A stretch of DNA of 64,000 nucleotides from Ignavibacteriales bacterium (GTDB lineage Bacteria; Bacteroidota; Ignavibacteria; UBA10030; UBA8401): contig JBBINR010000007.1 in assembly GCA_037443785.1 (NCBI GenBank), positions 2,709 through 66,708 of the forward strand, written 5' to 3'. Both the position numbers and the translations under genes were made by a program. Each line of letters opens with the position of its first letter. The stretch's first letter is position 1. A model generated the notes under the pieces. That model did no database searches. It had not been told where the DNA came from and saw only the letters and a list, made by a program, of their open reading frames with translations. Positions 1 to 9,490 of this stretch are shown piece after piece.

Positions 1-437
1 ATCCCTCTCGGGATTTGAACATATAAATATCTCCCCACAATGCCGCTTCCCACCACCGCTGCCATGCTCCAAAAGCTTACCGCTACGATTCCGCCAAATT
101 TAAATGTTGTATGATACAGCACGAGCAGCGGTCCAGTGAGACACAAAAAGATATGGAACTCAAGAAAATATCTGATACTGCCAATATGTGACAAAGTCCG
201 GATCCGTTTGCGCGAAGAGTACATCACAACGCCCACAATAATCATCGCAGAACCAACTATGCCGTAGCCATGACTTTCCAATCCACTCGGTTTTAATTCA
301 TCATATCGTTCTTGAAAGGGACGTTCTTCGATCGGTGTTGTGTAATAATCCCAGTTCTTTAATCCAATAACAGCCGCCGTTAACAAGCCCGCAAACAATA
401 AAAATGCTACAAAAAAACGGTGAACGATTTGATTCAT
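1..437 (-). CDS. Hypothetical multi-pass membrane protein, N-terminal part only. The gene runs off the left edge of the window.
   Basis: Reverse-strand ATG at 437..435, preceded by a GGAAGG ribosome-binding site. The translation MNQIVHRFFVAFLLFAGLLTAAVIGLKNW...HIFLCLTGPLLVLYHTTFKFGGIVAVSFW has several hydrophobic helices and paired His residues. There is no stop codon before position 1. Confidence 0.5.
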   Translation of the reverse strand, partial: MNQIVHRFFVAFLLFAGLLTAAVIGLKNWDYYTTPIEERPFQERYDELKPSGLESHGYGIVGSAMIIVGVVMYSSRKRIRTLSHIGSIRYFLEFHIFLCLTGPLLVLYHTTFKFGGIVAVSFWSMAAVVGSGIVGRYLYVQIPRG

Positions 438-684
438 CGGTCCCTTCCATCACAAAAAAATTCTTTATCTCATGACCGAGCTTTTTTTGCAATTCCATCA
501 TACGATTGAATGAACTGAAAAATATCCACGATGAAAGTTTGAAACCCGACAACAGCAATAAAATTTGTTCCAGATTCTCATGGCAAATGAACACCGTAGT
601 AAACCTATTTCCATTCTGCAACCATCATGCCATTGAATAAATGCGGAAATATGTGATTTTAGTTGAAGTTCATACAAAACGATC

Positions 685-717
685 TGCAAATTTTGCATAG
701 AGGGTGCAAAGGTTGCA
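685..717. promoter_or_regulatory. Two tandem palindromes, TGCAAATTTTGCA (685..697) and TGCAAAGGTTGCA (705..717). Candidate operator upstream of the membrane-protein gene that starts at 437.
   Basis: The first palindrome is perfect (6+1+6) and the second copy is imperfect. Both are read directly from the sequence and sit about 250 bp upstream of the reverse-strand start codon. Confidence 0.3.
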
Positions 718-801
718 GAATAAAATATCATTGAAAATTTTTTGAGATGAGACGAAAGATGCGTTCGCGGAAGGAATTCCAAACATCAATTTAGTATAAC
801 G

Positions 802-833
802 AAAAACCCCCGATCACTTGATCAGGGGTTTTT
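802..833 (-). terminator. Rho-independent terminator hairpin downstream of the FNR-like gene. It is a symmetric stem with A/T tracts on both sides.
   Basis: aaaaacccccgatcacttgatcaggggtttttc is a GC-rich stem flanked by A-run and T-run, directly after the stop at 849. Confidence 0.6.
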
Positions 834-848
834 CATTACGTCAATTCA

Positions 849-1730
849 TTAACCGTATGATTCGTATGTGATTTGCTCTTTTGTCATTCCAAGTTCTTTC
901 AAACTCGCCAAAGCACTTTCCAGGAATCGCGGCTGAGGTTGAACACCTTTTTCTCGCGCTAAATTTCTATCATGAACCGATATTGCAGGGCCGCAAAGAT
1001 ATATTTGCGCACTGCTCGTATCAGGAATTAATTCACGTAAAAGCTCCGTTGATATTCTTCCTTTGCGAATTGATGGCGTGTATTGAAATGTGTCGCATTC
1101 TCTTGTTAATGAATGAATAACACGAAGGCGGTCTGGATAATTCTTTTCAAGACTATTCAGTGTATCACGGAAGATAACATCGTCCCACTTTTTATTGGCG
1201 TAGATAAATGTATGCCGCAGCTTCGGATAATTCACCAGTGAATATTTCAGCATGGCATAATTGGGAACGCTTCCCGAACCTGCACACACATGCACAAGAT
1301 GATCGGTTTGTGATTCAATATCATCCGGGAGAATGTACGGACCCGTAAATCCGGTCACCACAAGACGCATTCCGCGCGATGTTCGTTTCACTAAAATCGG
1401 TGACAGCAACGGCGGATATTTTGTTACTCCGGATGTATAACGTTCTTCTTTCACGGTAATTGCCAAATATTTTTCATGCGGCGATGAACTCATGGAATAC
1501 GCGCGCGGTGGTTCTTTCTTGCCCTTGAGGTCTTCAAGAAATGAGGTAAAGCGTTCAAGCGCTTCAAACTGATGAGGATCGATGGTAAGAAAATGTCCGG
1601 GCTTATAATCAAGCCGATCGTTTCCGGTAAACAACACAAGTGTCGTCGTATCATGTGCTTCTACAATGGTATCGGCGACCATAACTTCCAATTCTTTTAT
1701 TCGTTTTCGCTCTTGCGGTTCCTTATTCAT
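849..1730 (-). CDS. FAD/NAD(P)-binding oxidoreductase of the ferredoxin-NADP reductase (FNR) type. It may start at the internal MVADTIV methionine.
   Basis: A 293 aa ORF with RAYSMSS (the RxYS FAD-binding motif) and GSGSVP (an NAD(P)-binding glycine-rich motif). The layout is typical of FNR-family reductases. Confidence 0.7.
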   Translation of the reverse strand: MNKEPQERKRIKELEVMVADTIVEAHDTTTLVLFTGNDRLDYKPGHFLTIDPHQFEALERFTSFLEDLKGKKEPPRAYSMSSSPHEKYLAITVKEERYTSGVTKYPPLLSPILVKRTSRGMRLVVTGFTGPYILPDDIESQTDHLVHVCAGSGSVPNYAMLKYSLVNYPKLRHTFIYANKKWDDVIFRDTLNSLEKNYPDRLRVIHSLTRECDTFQYTPSIRKGRISTELLRELIPDTSSAQIYLCGPAISVHDRNLAREKGVQPQPRFLESALASLKELGMTKEQITYESYG

Positions 1731-1740
1731 AACGTACCTT

Positions 1741-2658
1741 TCATCGGATATAGTGATGCTTTTGCAGCCAATGCGTTAATGCTAAAGGCCAGCCTGATTC
1801 AGTATTTTTCCCAGTTGCAAACCCGTACCCATGTCCGCCGGATTCATAGATATGCATTTCTACTGGAATGGAATGTTTGTTCAATGCTTCGAAATACTGC
1901 AATGAATTTTTTGTCGATACTGCTTTATCATCAGCAGAAAGAGCAATAAAAGCCGGCGGAGTTTTTTCAGTCACCTGCTTCTCAGCGGAAAAATGACTTA
2001 CGTCATATGAAGAAGGATGTTCTCCCAATAAATTCTTTCGCGATCCTTCGTGCGTAATTTTCTGATCCATCGAAATAACGGGATATAGTAAAATCGAAAA
2101 ATCAGGACGTGGACTCGTTCCATCTCCATCACAGACGGAATTATCAAATAATGTTGATGCCGTTGCAGCAAGATGTCCGCCGGCAGAAAATCCCATGACA
2201 CCGACTTTCATCGGATCAATATTCCATCGTACACTGTTATGCCGTGTAATTCTTATTGCCTCTTGAACATCCTGCAACGGACCAATGCGCTTATCTTTCA
2301 TAATTGCATCGGACGGAAGTCGATATTTCAATACGATGCCGGCAATTCCAAGTGTGCTCACCCACTTCGCTATGTCATGCCCTTCATGATCAATTGCCAG
2401 TACACCGTATCCTCCTCCGGGGCAGATAACAATTGCCGTACCGCTTGCTTTCTCTTTCGGCGGAAGATAGACAAACAACTGCGGATCGGAAACATTTTGA
2501 ATGAGCCGAATTCCTGTTTCCGTGAAGATTGTATCTTCACTATATGTTGGATGGACAATTGCATTAGGGGCACCGTGTTCCCACACGCGCTGCACAAAAG
2601 TTTGACCAGATACAAACGAAATGAAATAAATTGAAATGAAAAATATTTTTCGCATCAT
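1741..2658 (-). CDS. Secreted alpha/beta-hydrolase (esterase or lipase-type carboxylesterase).
   Basis: N-terminal signal peptide, an HGGG-like oxyanion region (ICPGGGYGV), the nucleophile elbow GFSAGG and a C-terminal GGHGYG motif. Confidence 0.8.
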   Translation of the reverse strand: MMRKIFFISIYFISFVSGQTFVQRVWEHGAPNAIVHPTYSEDTIFTETGIRLIQNVSDPQLFVYLPPKEKASGTAIVICPGGGYGVLAIDHEGHDIAKWVSTLGIAGIVLKYRLPSDAIMKDKRIGPLQDVQEAIRITRHNSVRWNIDPMKVGVMGFSAGGHLAATASTLFDNSVCDGDGTSPRPDFSILLYPVISMDQKITHEGSRKNLLGEHPSSYDVSHFSAEKQVTEKTPPAFIALSADDKAVSTKNSLQYFEALNKHSIPVEMHIYESGGHGYGFATGKNTESGWPLALTHWLQKHHYIR

Positions 2659-2681
2659 TGAGATTTAAAATATCCAAAGAA

Positions 2682-3179
2682 CTATTTATTCATCTGCCGA
2701 TAATATGCAATGAGGTCTGTCCCCACCGGTGAACCTCCGGCTTGCCGCACCAATGTTGTTATTTGCCCGCGATGATATGTTGAATGATTCACGAGATGAT
2801 GCAACGACTGCCACACTTTCTGCGAAACTTGCTCTCCTTTTAAGTTAAAAAAAATCAGTGTTCGGGAAAGGTCTTCTTCTTTTACCGTTTCGACATATCT
2901 TTCTAATCCGTTTTCAACATCTTTCCACTTTGTTTTTAGTGAAAGATACGAAGGGTAATTTTCTTTATTCATAAACACACCGCGATCAGCTCCATTTAAT
3001 CGCTGCAGCCAAATATCCTCCGCTCCAATAAGATGCAGAAGTGTCCCGTGAATCGTCCCAAAGCTGCTCTTTGTATCTTCAAACAATTTTTCTTCCGGCA
3101 AACTTTCTATGGCCTGCAACGTTTTAGCGTTAGCCCATCGATTAAATTCAAATAATATTTTAAAATCATTCACATTCAT
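2682..3179 (-). CDS. DinB/YfiT-family metal-dependent protein. The start is assigned to the internal ATG at 3179.
   Basis: DinB-family pattern WANAKTL...HLIGAEDIW...HHLVNHSTYHRGQ. The ORF-track start at 3323 would overlap the upstream lipoprotein gene, so the internal Met gives about 165 aa, which is typical. Confidence 0.7.
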   Translation of the reverse strand: MNVNDFKILFEFNRWANAKTLQAIESLPEEKLFEDTKSSFGTIHGTLLHLIGAEDIWLQRLNGADRGVFMNKENYPSYLSLKTKWKDVENGLERYVETVKEEDLSRTLIFFNLKGEQVSQKVWQSLHHLVNHSTYHRGQITTLVRQAGGSPVGTDLIAYYRQMNK

Positions 3180-3201
3180 CGTTAATTTTCCCTTCCTTTT
3201 T

Positions 3202-4020
3202 CTATTTTTGAATTTCTGCAAGACGTAATTTGAACCAAAAATCGAGCTGGACATTTTTATTTTCCGGCTTAAAATCAGCATGACTCCTTCCTCTTCTTTC
3301 CCCTCCCCGTTCACCGCTTTCATTTACTCCCATCCCAGGTCTTGCTTCTTCATCCTGCGATCGATCAAATTCCGTTTTCATTCCTTCTTTGTTCGGACGT
3401 TCCATCTTACCTGATTCGAGTGTAACTCCAATTTCGTTGCTCATTACATTCCATTGAAATGGATTTTCTGAATTTTCTTTTAAAGGAAATTTAAATTCGA
3501 AGATCAAACTTTCCGGCGTGCGTGACGTTGCAAATTGCATTCCTTTCAACTGTGCAACGGGAATTTGCAACGGCTTTTTCTTATCCTTCGTGATAATTTC
3601 AACTTCATTAATGTCATTCGGCATTCTCTCAAAATCATCTTCTTGCATTTCACCCGATCGAAATGGTTTTCCCGGAATACGGAACCCGTATTCCTTTTCA
3701 TTGTCGCCGGTTGGATCGAGCCAGACTGTAAGCCCTGCTGCACGAATATTCCGTATTTGCTGATGATCAAGTACCTTTATGAACAAATAAAAATTATCCG
3801 CATCATTTCGAACGCCAAGGCTGAGATTTTGCTCGTTCAGATAAAATGTGCGATCATTCCAATCTTTTTCGTTACCGTCGATCGTGATCGAATTATTTTC
3901 TCGAAGGGAGCGGACAAGAATCACCGTTGAACAACCGCTAAAAAGCAACACACTAATAACGATACTGCTCAAATACTTTTTCACTGAATTTCCTCTATGA
4001 TATGCTTTGTGGTCAGACAA
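3202..4020 (-). CDS. Hypothetical lipoprotein. The likely true start is GTG at 3984, preceded by a GAGGAA ribosome-binding site.
   Basis: Signal peptide with lipobox (VISVLLFSGCST). I recognise no conserved catalytic motif. Confidence 0.55.
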   Translation of the reverse strand: MSDHKAYHRGNSVKKYLSSIVISVLLFSGCSTVILVRSLRENNSITIDGNEKDWNDRTFYLNEQNLSLGVRNDADNFYLFIKVLDHQQIRNIRAAGLTVWLDPTGDNEKEYGFRIPGKPFRSGEMQEDDFERMPNDINEVEIITKDKKKPLQIPVAQLKGMQFATSRTPESLIFEFKFPLKENSENPFQWNVMSNEIGVTLESGKMERPNKEGMKTEFDRSQDEEARPGMGVNESGERGGERRGRSHADFKPENKNVQLDFWFKLRLAEIQK

Positions 4021-4045
4021 AAACAGAAAGAAGGTTGAATATATT

Positions 4046-6676
4046 TCACAGATTCTCTTTGAGTTTCGCCAAAAACTTCAATGCTTCCAGCGGTGTCATT
4101 GCATTGATATCAATTTTCTTGATGGCATCCCGAACTTCGTCATCTTTCATTTCAAACATTGTTATTTGCGGCAGAGCGTCAGGTGTTTTGATATGTCTGA
4201 CACCCTGAATCTGTTTGACATCTTTTTCTTCACCGCCATGCGGGTTCAATTCTGTTGCTTCTAGATTTTCCAAAATCCTTTTTGCACGGTCGGTCATATC
4301 AACCGGCAAGCCCGCCATCATCGCAACTTGAATTCCGTACGAATGATCTGCCGTTCCCGGTGTAACAGTGTGCAGAAAGACAACTTTATCGCCGTATTCT
4401 TTCACATCCACTTTATAATTTTTTATCCGTGAATACAGCGACGCAAGTTCATTCAATTCATGATAATGTGTTGCAAACAACGTACGGGCGCCGATTTTTT
4501 CGTGAAGATATTCCGTCAACGCCCATGCAATGGAAATTCCGTCGAACGTGCTTGTGCCGCGGCCGACTTCATCAAGCAGAATTAAACTTTTTTTCGTCGT
4601 GCGATTCACAATATTTGCCGCTTCATGCATTTCAACAAGAAACGTGCTCTCGCCGCTCGTAATATTGTCGCTTGCACCAACGCGCGTAAAAATATTGTCC
4701 ACCATTCCAACGACAGTGCGTTTTGCAGGAACAAAACTTCCGATGTGCGCGAGAAGGACAATCAATCCGACTTGACGCAGATACGACGATTTACCACTCA
4801 TATTCGGACCGGTGATGATGAGAATTTGCTGCCCACTGGTATTCAAATGAACCGAATTCGGAATATAACTTTCGCCGATCGGCAAAAGCTGTTCAATGAC
4901 GGGGTGCCGTCCTTCATCGATAACAAGTTCATCGCTCTCAACTATTTCCGGAAGCGAATACGAATTCTCCTCCGCAATCTGTGCTAACGAAACAAGGCAG
5001 TCCAGCGTTGCGATCTGAAAAGAGTTTGATTGAATCGTTCCGGCAAACTGCGATGCATACAAACGAAGCTCATTGAAAAGCCGTGTTTCGATGGCAAGAA
5101 TTTTTTCGTCGGCGTTCAAAACTTTATCTTCATACTCTTTCAATTCCGGTGTGATGAAACGTTCTGCATTCGTCATCGTCTGTTTACGAATATAATCCAT
5201 CGGAATTTTATCTTTGTGTGTGTGAGTGATCTCTATATAATAGCCGAACACATTGTTGAAGCCGATCTTCAACGACGAAATGCCGGTCCGCTCGCGTTCT
5301 TTCTTTTGAAGATTCGCAATCCAATCTTTTGCAGAAAAAGAAAGCGAACGCAATTCATCAAGCTCTTGATTAAATCCTTCACGAATGATTCCACCTTCTT
5401 CGAATTTTATCGGAGGATCATCGGCGATTGCACGTGAAATCGCACCAGTGAGTTCATCAAGCAGTTGAAGGTTTGTATTAATCGAGCCGAGAGTCTTATC
5501 ACTTTTCGCTTCACTCAGGATCGTTTTCAATTTGGGAATGCTTTGCAAAATTCTTTTCAATGCAAGCATCTCCCGCGGATTCGCACGACCAGTTGCGATG
5601 CGCGCAATCAAGCGTTCCATATCGCCGATTTCGGAAAGTTCGGTTTGCAGAGTTGTACGTAACGAAGAATTCTCTTTCAACACACCGACACCATTCAATC
5701 GCCAATAAATTTGGTCCAACTTTTTTAACGGATTGCTCACCCATTTCTTTAGTAATCGTCCGCCCATCGGTGTGCTTGTTTTATCGAGCACCGAAAATAA
5801 TGTTCCATCCGGCGAGCCGCCGAGCGACGAAGTGATCTCAAGATTTCGTTTCGTTGCAGGATCGAGCACAATTGTTTCATCAATCGCATACGGAACGATC
5901 TTTTGAATGTGTGCGAGGTTTGCTTTCTGTGTTTCGTTCAGATAATGCATTGCCGCACCGGCCGCAATAATGCCGATGCTCATTGAATCGATGCCAAAAC
6001 CTTTTAACGACTGCGTTTTAAAATGCTGAATGAGTTTTTCATAGCCATAATCATATTGGAACAACCAATCATCTTGCGATGTATAAATTCCTTTGTGATG
6101 CCGCTTCAATAATTCCTGCAATGAATCCTTATCCCTCTTTTGCACGAGCAGTTCTGCCGGAGCAATAGACGAAAGCATTTCGGGAAATTGGTGGAATGGG
6201 AATTCGGAGACGAAAAATTCTCCGGTAGAAATATCGACGAATGAAAACCCAACCGGATCGTTCGCGGCGGCAATTGCGCTCGGAAGCGCAACACAGGCAA
6301 GGTAATTATTTTGTTTCTGATCAAGCACTTTATCTGAGAACGAAACACCCGGCGTTACGACTTCAATCACATCGCGCTTCACAATTCCCTTCGCAAATTT
6401 TGGATCTTCCAACTGCTCGCACACTGCAACGCGCAATCCCGCTTTCAATAACTTCGGCAGATATGTCTCAAGGGCATGATGCGGAAATCCCGCAAGCGGA
6501 GTTTCCCCGGCGTTCGCTCCATTATTGCGGCGTGTTAATGTAATACCGAGAATTTTCGCCGTTGTTTTCGCATCGTCATCGAATGTTTCGTAAAAATCTC
6601 CCATGCGAAAAAGCAAAATTGTATCGGGATATTTCGCCTTCACCGAGGAATATTGTTTCATTAAGGGAGTGGACAT
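4046..6676 (-). CDS. mutS: DNA mismatch repair protein MutS.
   Basis: 876 aa. It has an N-terminal mismatch-binding domain (MKQYSSVKAKYPDTILLFRMGDFYETFDDDA), the Walker A site GPNMSGKSSYLRQ and DE(V/I)GRGTSTFDG, at canonical MutS length. Confidence 0.95.
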   Translation of the reverse strand: MSTPLMKQYSSVKAKYPDTILLFRMGDFYETFDDDAKTTAKILGITLTRRNNGANAGETPLAGFPHHALETYLPKLLKAGLRVAVCEQLEDPKFAKGIVKRDVIEVVTPGVSFSDKVLDQKQNNYLACVALPSAIAAANDPVGFSFVDISTGEFFVSEFPFHQFPEMLSSIAPAELLVQKRDKDSLQELLKRHHKGIYTSQDDWLFQYDYGYEKLIQHFKTQSLKGFGIDSMSIGIIAAGAAMHYLNETQKANLAHIQKIVPYAIDETIVLDPATKRNLEITSSLGGSPDGTLFSVLDKTSTPMGGRLLKKWVSNPLKKLDQIYWRLNGVGVLKENSSLRTTLQTELSEIGDMERLIARIATGRANPREMLALKRILQSIPKLKTILSEAKSDKTLGSINTNLQLLDELTGAISRAIADDPPIKFEEGGIIREGFNQELDELRSLSFSAKDWIANLQKKERERTGISSLKIGFNNVFGYYIEITHTHKDKIPMDYIRKQTMTNAERFITPELKEYEDKVLNADEKILAIETRLFNELRLYASQFAGTIQSNSFQIATLDCLVSLAQIAEENSYSLPEIVESDELVIDEGRHPVIEQLLPIGESYIPNSVHLNTSGQQILIITGPNMSGKSSYLRQVGLIVLLAHIGSFVPAKRTVVGMVDNIFTRVGASDNITSGESTFLVEMHEAANIVNRTTKKSLILLDEVGRGTSTFDGISIAWALTEYLHEKIGARTLFATHYHELNELASLYSRIKNYKVDVKEYGDKVVFLHTVTPGTADHSYGIQVAMMAGLPVDMTDRAKRILENLEATELNPHGGEEKDVKQIQGVRHIKTPDALPQITMFEMKDDEVRDAIKKIDINAMTPLEALKFLAKLKENL

Positions 6677-6851
6677 CAGTAAAATTGATTGATTTGAATA
6701 TTTTTAGACTGCTTGATTGGGTTCAAGGTATCAAAAAAACGAGGGCGAAACAAGGTGGGAACCTGTCCAAACACTGAGCATAGTTTAGAATGAAGAATTC
6801 CAAAAACAATGCCCGGGAAGACAGTATTTTATACGACACCGGCACAATACA

Positions 6852-7658
6852 TTAATGCAATACCCTGATAAAATATTTTGATGGAGAAATCGAGACCTCA
6901 TACTCCACAGTATGAGTAACCTCAGGAATAAAATCCTCGTTCATGGCTCCGATTTTTGTTCCGATAAAATGAAGATAGAGAGTAGTATCTGATTTTTGGC
7001 GATAAAGGATAAATCTACCCAGAGAAGTTTTGGGTTCAAACCCAAGATCTTTAAGAATCAATGGTTTGTTTTCCTTCAAGAAACTTTTCTCTCCTCCTTC
7101 TTCTTGAACAGGAAGAATATAATATTGCTGTGCTTTATCTGAAATAGTTGCTAGTGTAAACATAACATCGTCGCGGTATTGAGAAAGGGCGTTTTCTCTT
7201 TTCATTTCAGAAAAGACGAAAGACGAAACCGATGTGAAAGTAATGATCAACGCAGGCATAAGAACCACCCACGCAACACTAATGCCATATCCAATCCGAA
7301 GGGGTAGCGAGCTTTGCAATCCTACTGCATTGCTCTCCTTTTTTTTCTTCCATAAAAAGATAAATGCCGTCGGCCCCGCAACAAATGAAAGGATAAGAGA
7401 AATATACGTCGTCAGAAGATCTCCCATTTCCAGGACTGGGAGCGGATCACCACTAAATTTTGCAATTCCTTGTTGTACAGTAACTTTACCGGCGATCGCC
7501 GGCGACACAAGGTATGATGCTATTGATCCAAACCTGTCTGAAATAAACTGGAACTGATTGATGAAAAATCTGAATGCCACAACGATAAGCAACAGCACTA
7601 CCGAACCGATGAAGAATATTTCACCATTCGAAAACCGTTTTTTAATTATTTCTTTCAT
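6852..7658 (-). CDS. Hypothetical membrane protein. Start assigned to MKEIIKKRF; the longer track ORF overlaps the upstream gene.
   Basis: N-terminal TM segment and further TM helices in the middle. No recognised motif. Last gene of the sigma / anti-sigma string. Confidence 0.45.
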   Translation of the reverse strand: MKEIIKKRFSNGEIFFIGSVVLLLIVVAFRFFINQFQFISDRFGSIASYLVSPAIAGKVTVQQGIAKFSGDPLPVLEMGDLLTTYISLILSFVAGPTAFIFLWKKKKESNAVGLQSSLPLRIGYGISVAWVVLMPALIITFTSVSSFVFSEMKRENALSQYRDDVMFTLATISDKAQQYYILPVQEEGGEKSFLKENKPLILKDLGFEPKTSLGRFILYRQKSDTTLYLHFIGTKIGAMNEDFIPEVTHTVEYEVSISPSKYFIRVLH

Positions 7659-8277
7659 ACAGTGCTCCATGTTTTGAAATCGTTGCGGTATATTGAAGTT
7701 TTCCGCAATATCCGCCAATATTGACAAAATCATCCTTCAATCCGTAAGCAACAGTATCGATACTGACCAGCCGTACAAGAGAATCACCTTGATAAAAGAC
7801 AAATGTTCTTATCTGGGCACTGGAAGGACGGGGTTTCATTTCTCCGTTGAAGACGGAACCGTTGTTCATATTTTTAAATGATTCAACAATGGAGTGTCTG
7901 TTCTCTTTCGATTGAGAATAATAATTATATAGAACAGGAATTGCCCGGTCATGCAGTTCTGATGAAATAATACTTGAACTTCCAATATAGGTTCGGATGA
8001 CGGATAACAATCCTCGTTGATATGATGTCATACGGTACATATTCACGGTATATGCAGTAAACGCCAATATGAAAATAATGAACAGACTGCCAACAAGTAC
8101 ATTCTCTTTTAACGAAAATGTTTTTTTAATAACCACAAAAAAAAGAAAAAGAAGATAGAGTGTTCCACCCATTGCACCAAAGATGACCGACCGCCACAGG
8201 TCAGTCTGCTCATATCCGAAAATGAACGGAACACCGACAAACAAACATCCTGCGATAAACCACCAAAAAATTTTCAT
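7642..8277 (-). CDS. Hypothetical membrane protein.
   Basis: 211 aa with three to four N-terminal TM helices followed by a soluble domain. It lies immediately downstream of the anti-sigma factor gene. Confidence 0.45.
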   Translation of the reverse strand: MKIFWWFIAGCLFVGVPFIFGYEQTDLWRSVIFGAMGGTLYLLFLFFVVIKKTFSLKENVLVGSLFIIFILAFTAYTVNMYRMTSYQRGLLSVIRTYIGSSSIISSELHDRAIPVLYNYYSQSKENRHSIVESFKNMNNGSVFNGEMKPRPSSAQIRTFVFYQGDSLVRLVSIDTVAYGLKDDFVNIGGYCGKLQYTATISKHGALYERNN

Positions 8278-8317
8278 CTATTCTCCAATTCAAAATATAA
8301 ACATACCATTCTACTTT

Positions 8318-8749
8318 TTAATCACGACGAGTAAAGCCGGACGGAGTTTCCCGCACCGCATTGATTGTTTGACGATATTGAGACGCCATGCTTTTTTCCT
8401 GATAGCTTCCAACGGAATACATAAATAATGTTATTACGACAAGAGCACAAAGTGAATAGATTGCTGATGGCACAGAAACTGTCAATTTTCGGTTCATCAA
8501 AGGTTCATTTTTCTTAACCAGTCCAAGGACAGAAAATTTTTGGTCGAGACTTTCCGGGACAGGAAGGTAACTCAGTTTCTTAACGCTATCATGTATCGAT
8601 TTTACCTGAACAAAAAAATTTCTGCACTCATCACATTCCCCCAAATGCAAAAAAAGCGGTTGAAGGAAATTTTGCGAAAGCTCATTGTCTAAAAACTGAC
8701 TGATATATTCTTTACTTGTTTGGCAGTTCATAATAATTTCTCCTTTCAA
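8318..8749 (-). CDS. Zinc-finger (ZAS-like) anti-sigma factor with a single transmembrane segment.
   Basis: HLGECDECRNFF HxxxCxxC motif, a TM helix (IYSLCALVVITLFMYSV), and a position directly downstream of the ECF sigma gene. Confidence 0.7.
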   Translation of the reverse strand: MKGEIIMNCQTSKEYISQFLDNELSQNFLQPLFLHLGECDECRNFFVQVKSIHDSVKKLSYLPVPESLDQKFSVLGLVKKNEPLMNRKLTVSVPSAIYSLCALVVITLFMYSVGSYQEKSMASQYRQTINAVRETPSGFTRRD

Positions 8750-8794
8750 AGCTTTTCTTTATGGATTCCCGATAGAAACATTCGGAAATAACAA

Positions 8795-9346
8795 CTACAT
8801 AAACGGTGCAAGCATTTCATTCAATGCCGCACGCGATTTAAATAATTTCGATTTTACTGCACTCACGGTCGACTCAGTTGCTTGAGCGATTTCTTCGTAC
8901 GATAATCCTTCGATTTCGCGGAGCATATATGCTTCACGGTATGCCGGTTTTAACCGCAGAATTGACTGCTGAATTTTTTCTTTCATCTCGGAATGGATTG
9001 CCGTGTGAAGCGGTGAATCACTGTCAAAAGCAGATTCATCTTCATCAAATCTTTCCATTGGAATAATTTTCTTTCTCCTCACGATCATCAACACTTCGTT
9101 TCGCGCCACCGAAAACAGCCATGATTTAAATACCATTCCATTGTGCAGCATTTGGATCTTTGTCATCATTTTCAAAAATGTTTCCTGAGTTGCGTCTTTC
9201 GACAATTCCGTATCTTCAAGCATTCTCAAACAAAAGGAAAAGATTGCATTTTTATAACGGGAATACAGTGCAGATCCCGCTTTGAGATTGCCATTCCGAA
9301 ATTGCGCAACTAATTCATCGTCTGAAAGCGGGATTGTATTCATCAT
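8795..9346 (-). CDS. RNA polymerase ECF-type sigma-70 factor.
   Basis: 183 aa. It has the region-2 pattern (FSFCLRMLEDTELSKDATQETFLKMM) and region 4 (YREAYMLREIEGLSYEEIAQATESTVSAVKSKLFKSR). Confidence 0.85.
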   Translation of the reverse strand: MMNTIPLSDDELVAQFRNGNLKAGSALYSRYKNAIFSFCLRMLEDTELSKDATQETFLKMMTKIQMLHNGMVFKSWLFSVARNEVLMIVRRKKIIPMERFDEDESAFDSDSPLHTAIHSEMKEKIQQSILRLKPAYREAYMLREIEGLSYEEIAQATESTVSAVKSKLFKSRAALNEMLAPFM

Positions 9347-9490
9347 TTTCGATAGAGTTGTCTATTCTCCGACTAAGATGCACAAGATCGAAGAAAGTTG
9401 CCAACTCCCGTCATTGCTTTCTCTTTCCATTCTCTCTATATTGCTACCACTTTCGTTAACCATCACCCCAATAATTTTTGGAGACCTGCT

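Noticed and set aside
881-1120. Many 60 to 160-aa ORFs antisense to or overlapping well-supported genes. Examples: 881..1120 +, 9607..9975 -, 13488..13922 +, 24851..25270 -, 31278..31748 +, 39296..39877 -, 43201..43413 +.
   Set aside because: They lie entirely within longer ORFs that carry strong family motifs on the opposite strand or in another frame. They have low-complexity or basic compositions typical of antisense artefacts.
9398-9490. N-terminal extension of the CsgG-like ORF (start 9398).
   Set aside because: A typical signal peptide begins at the ATG at 9491. The extension has no homology, and the spacer is needed for the divergent promoter.
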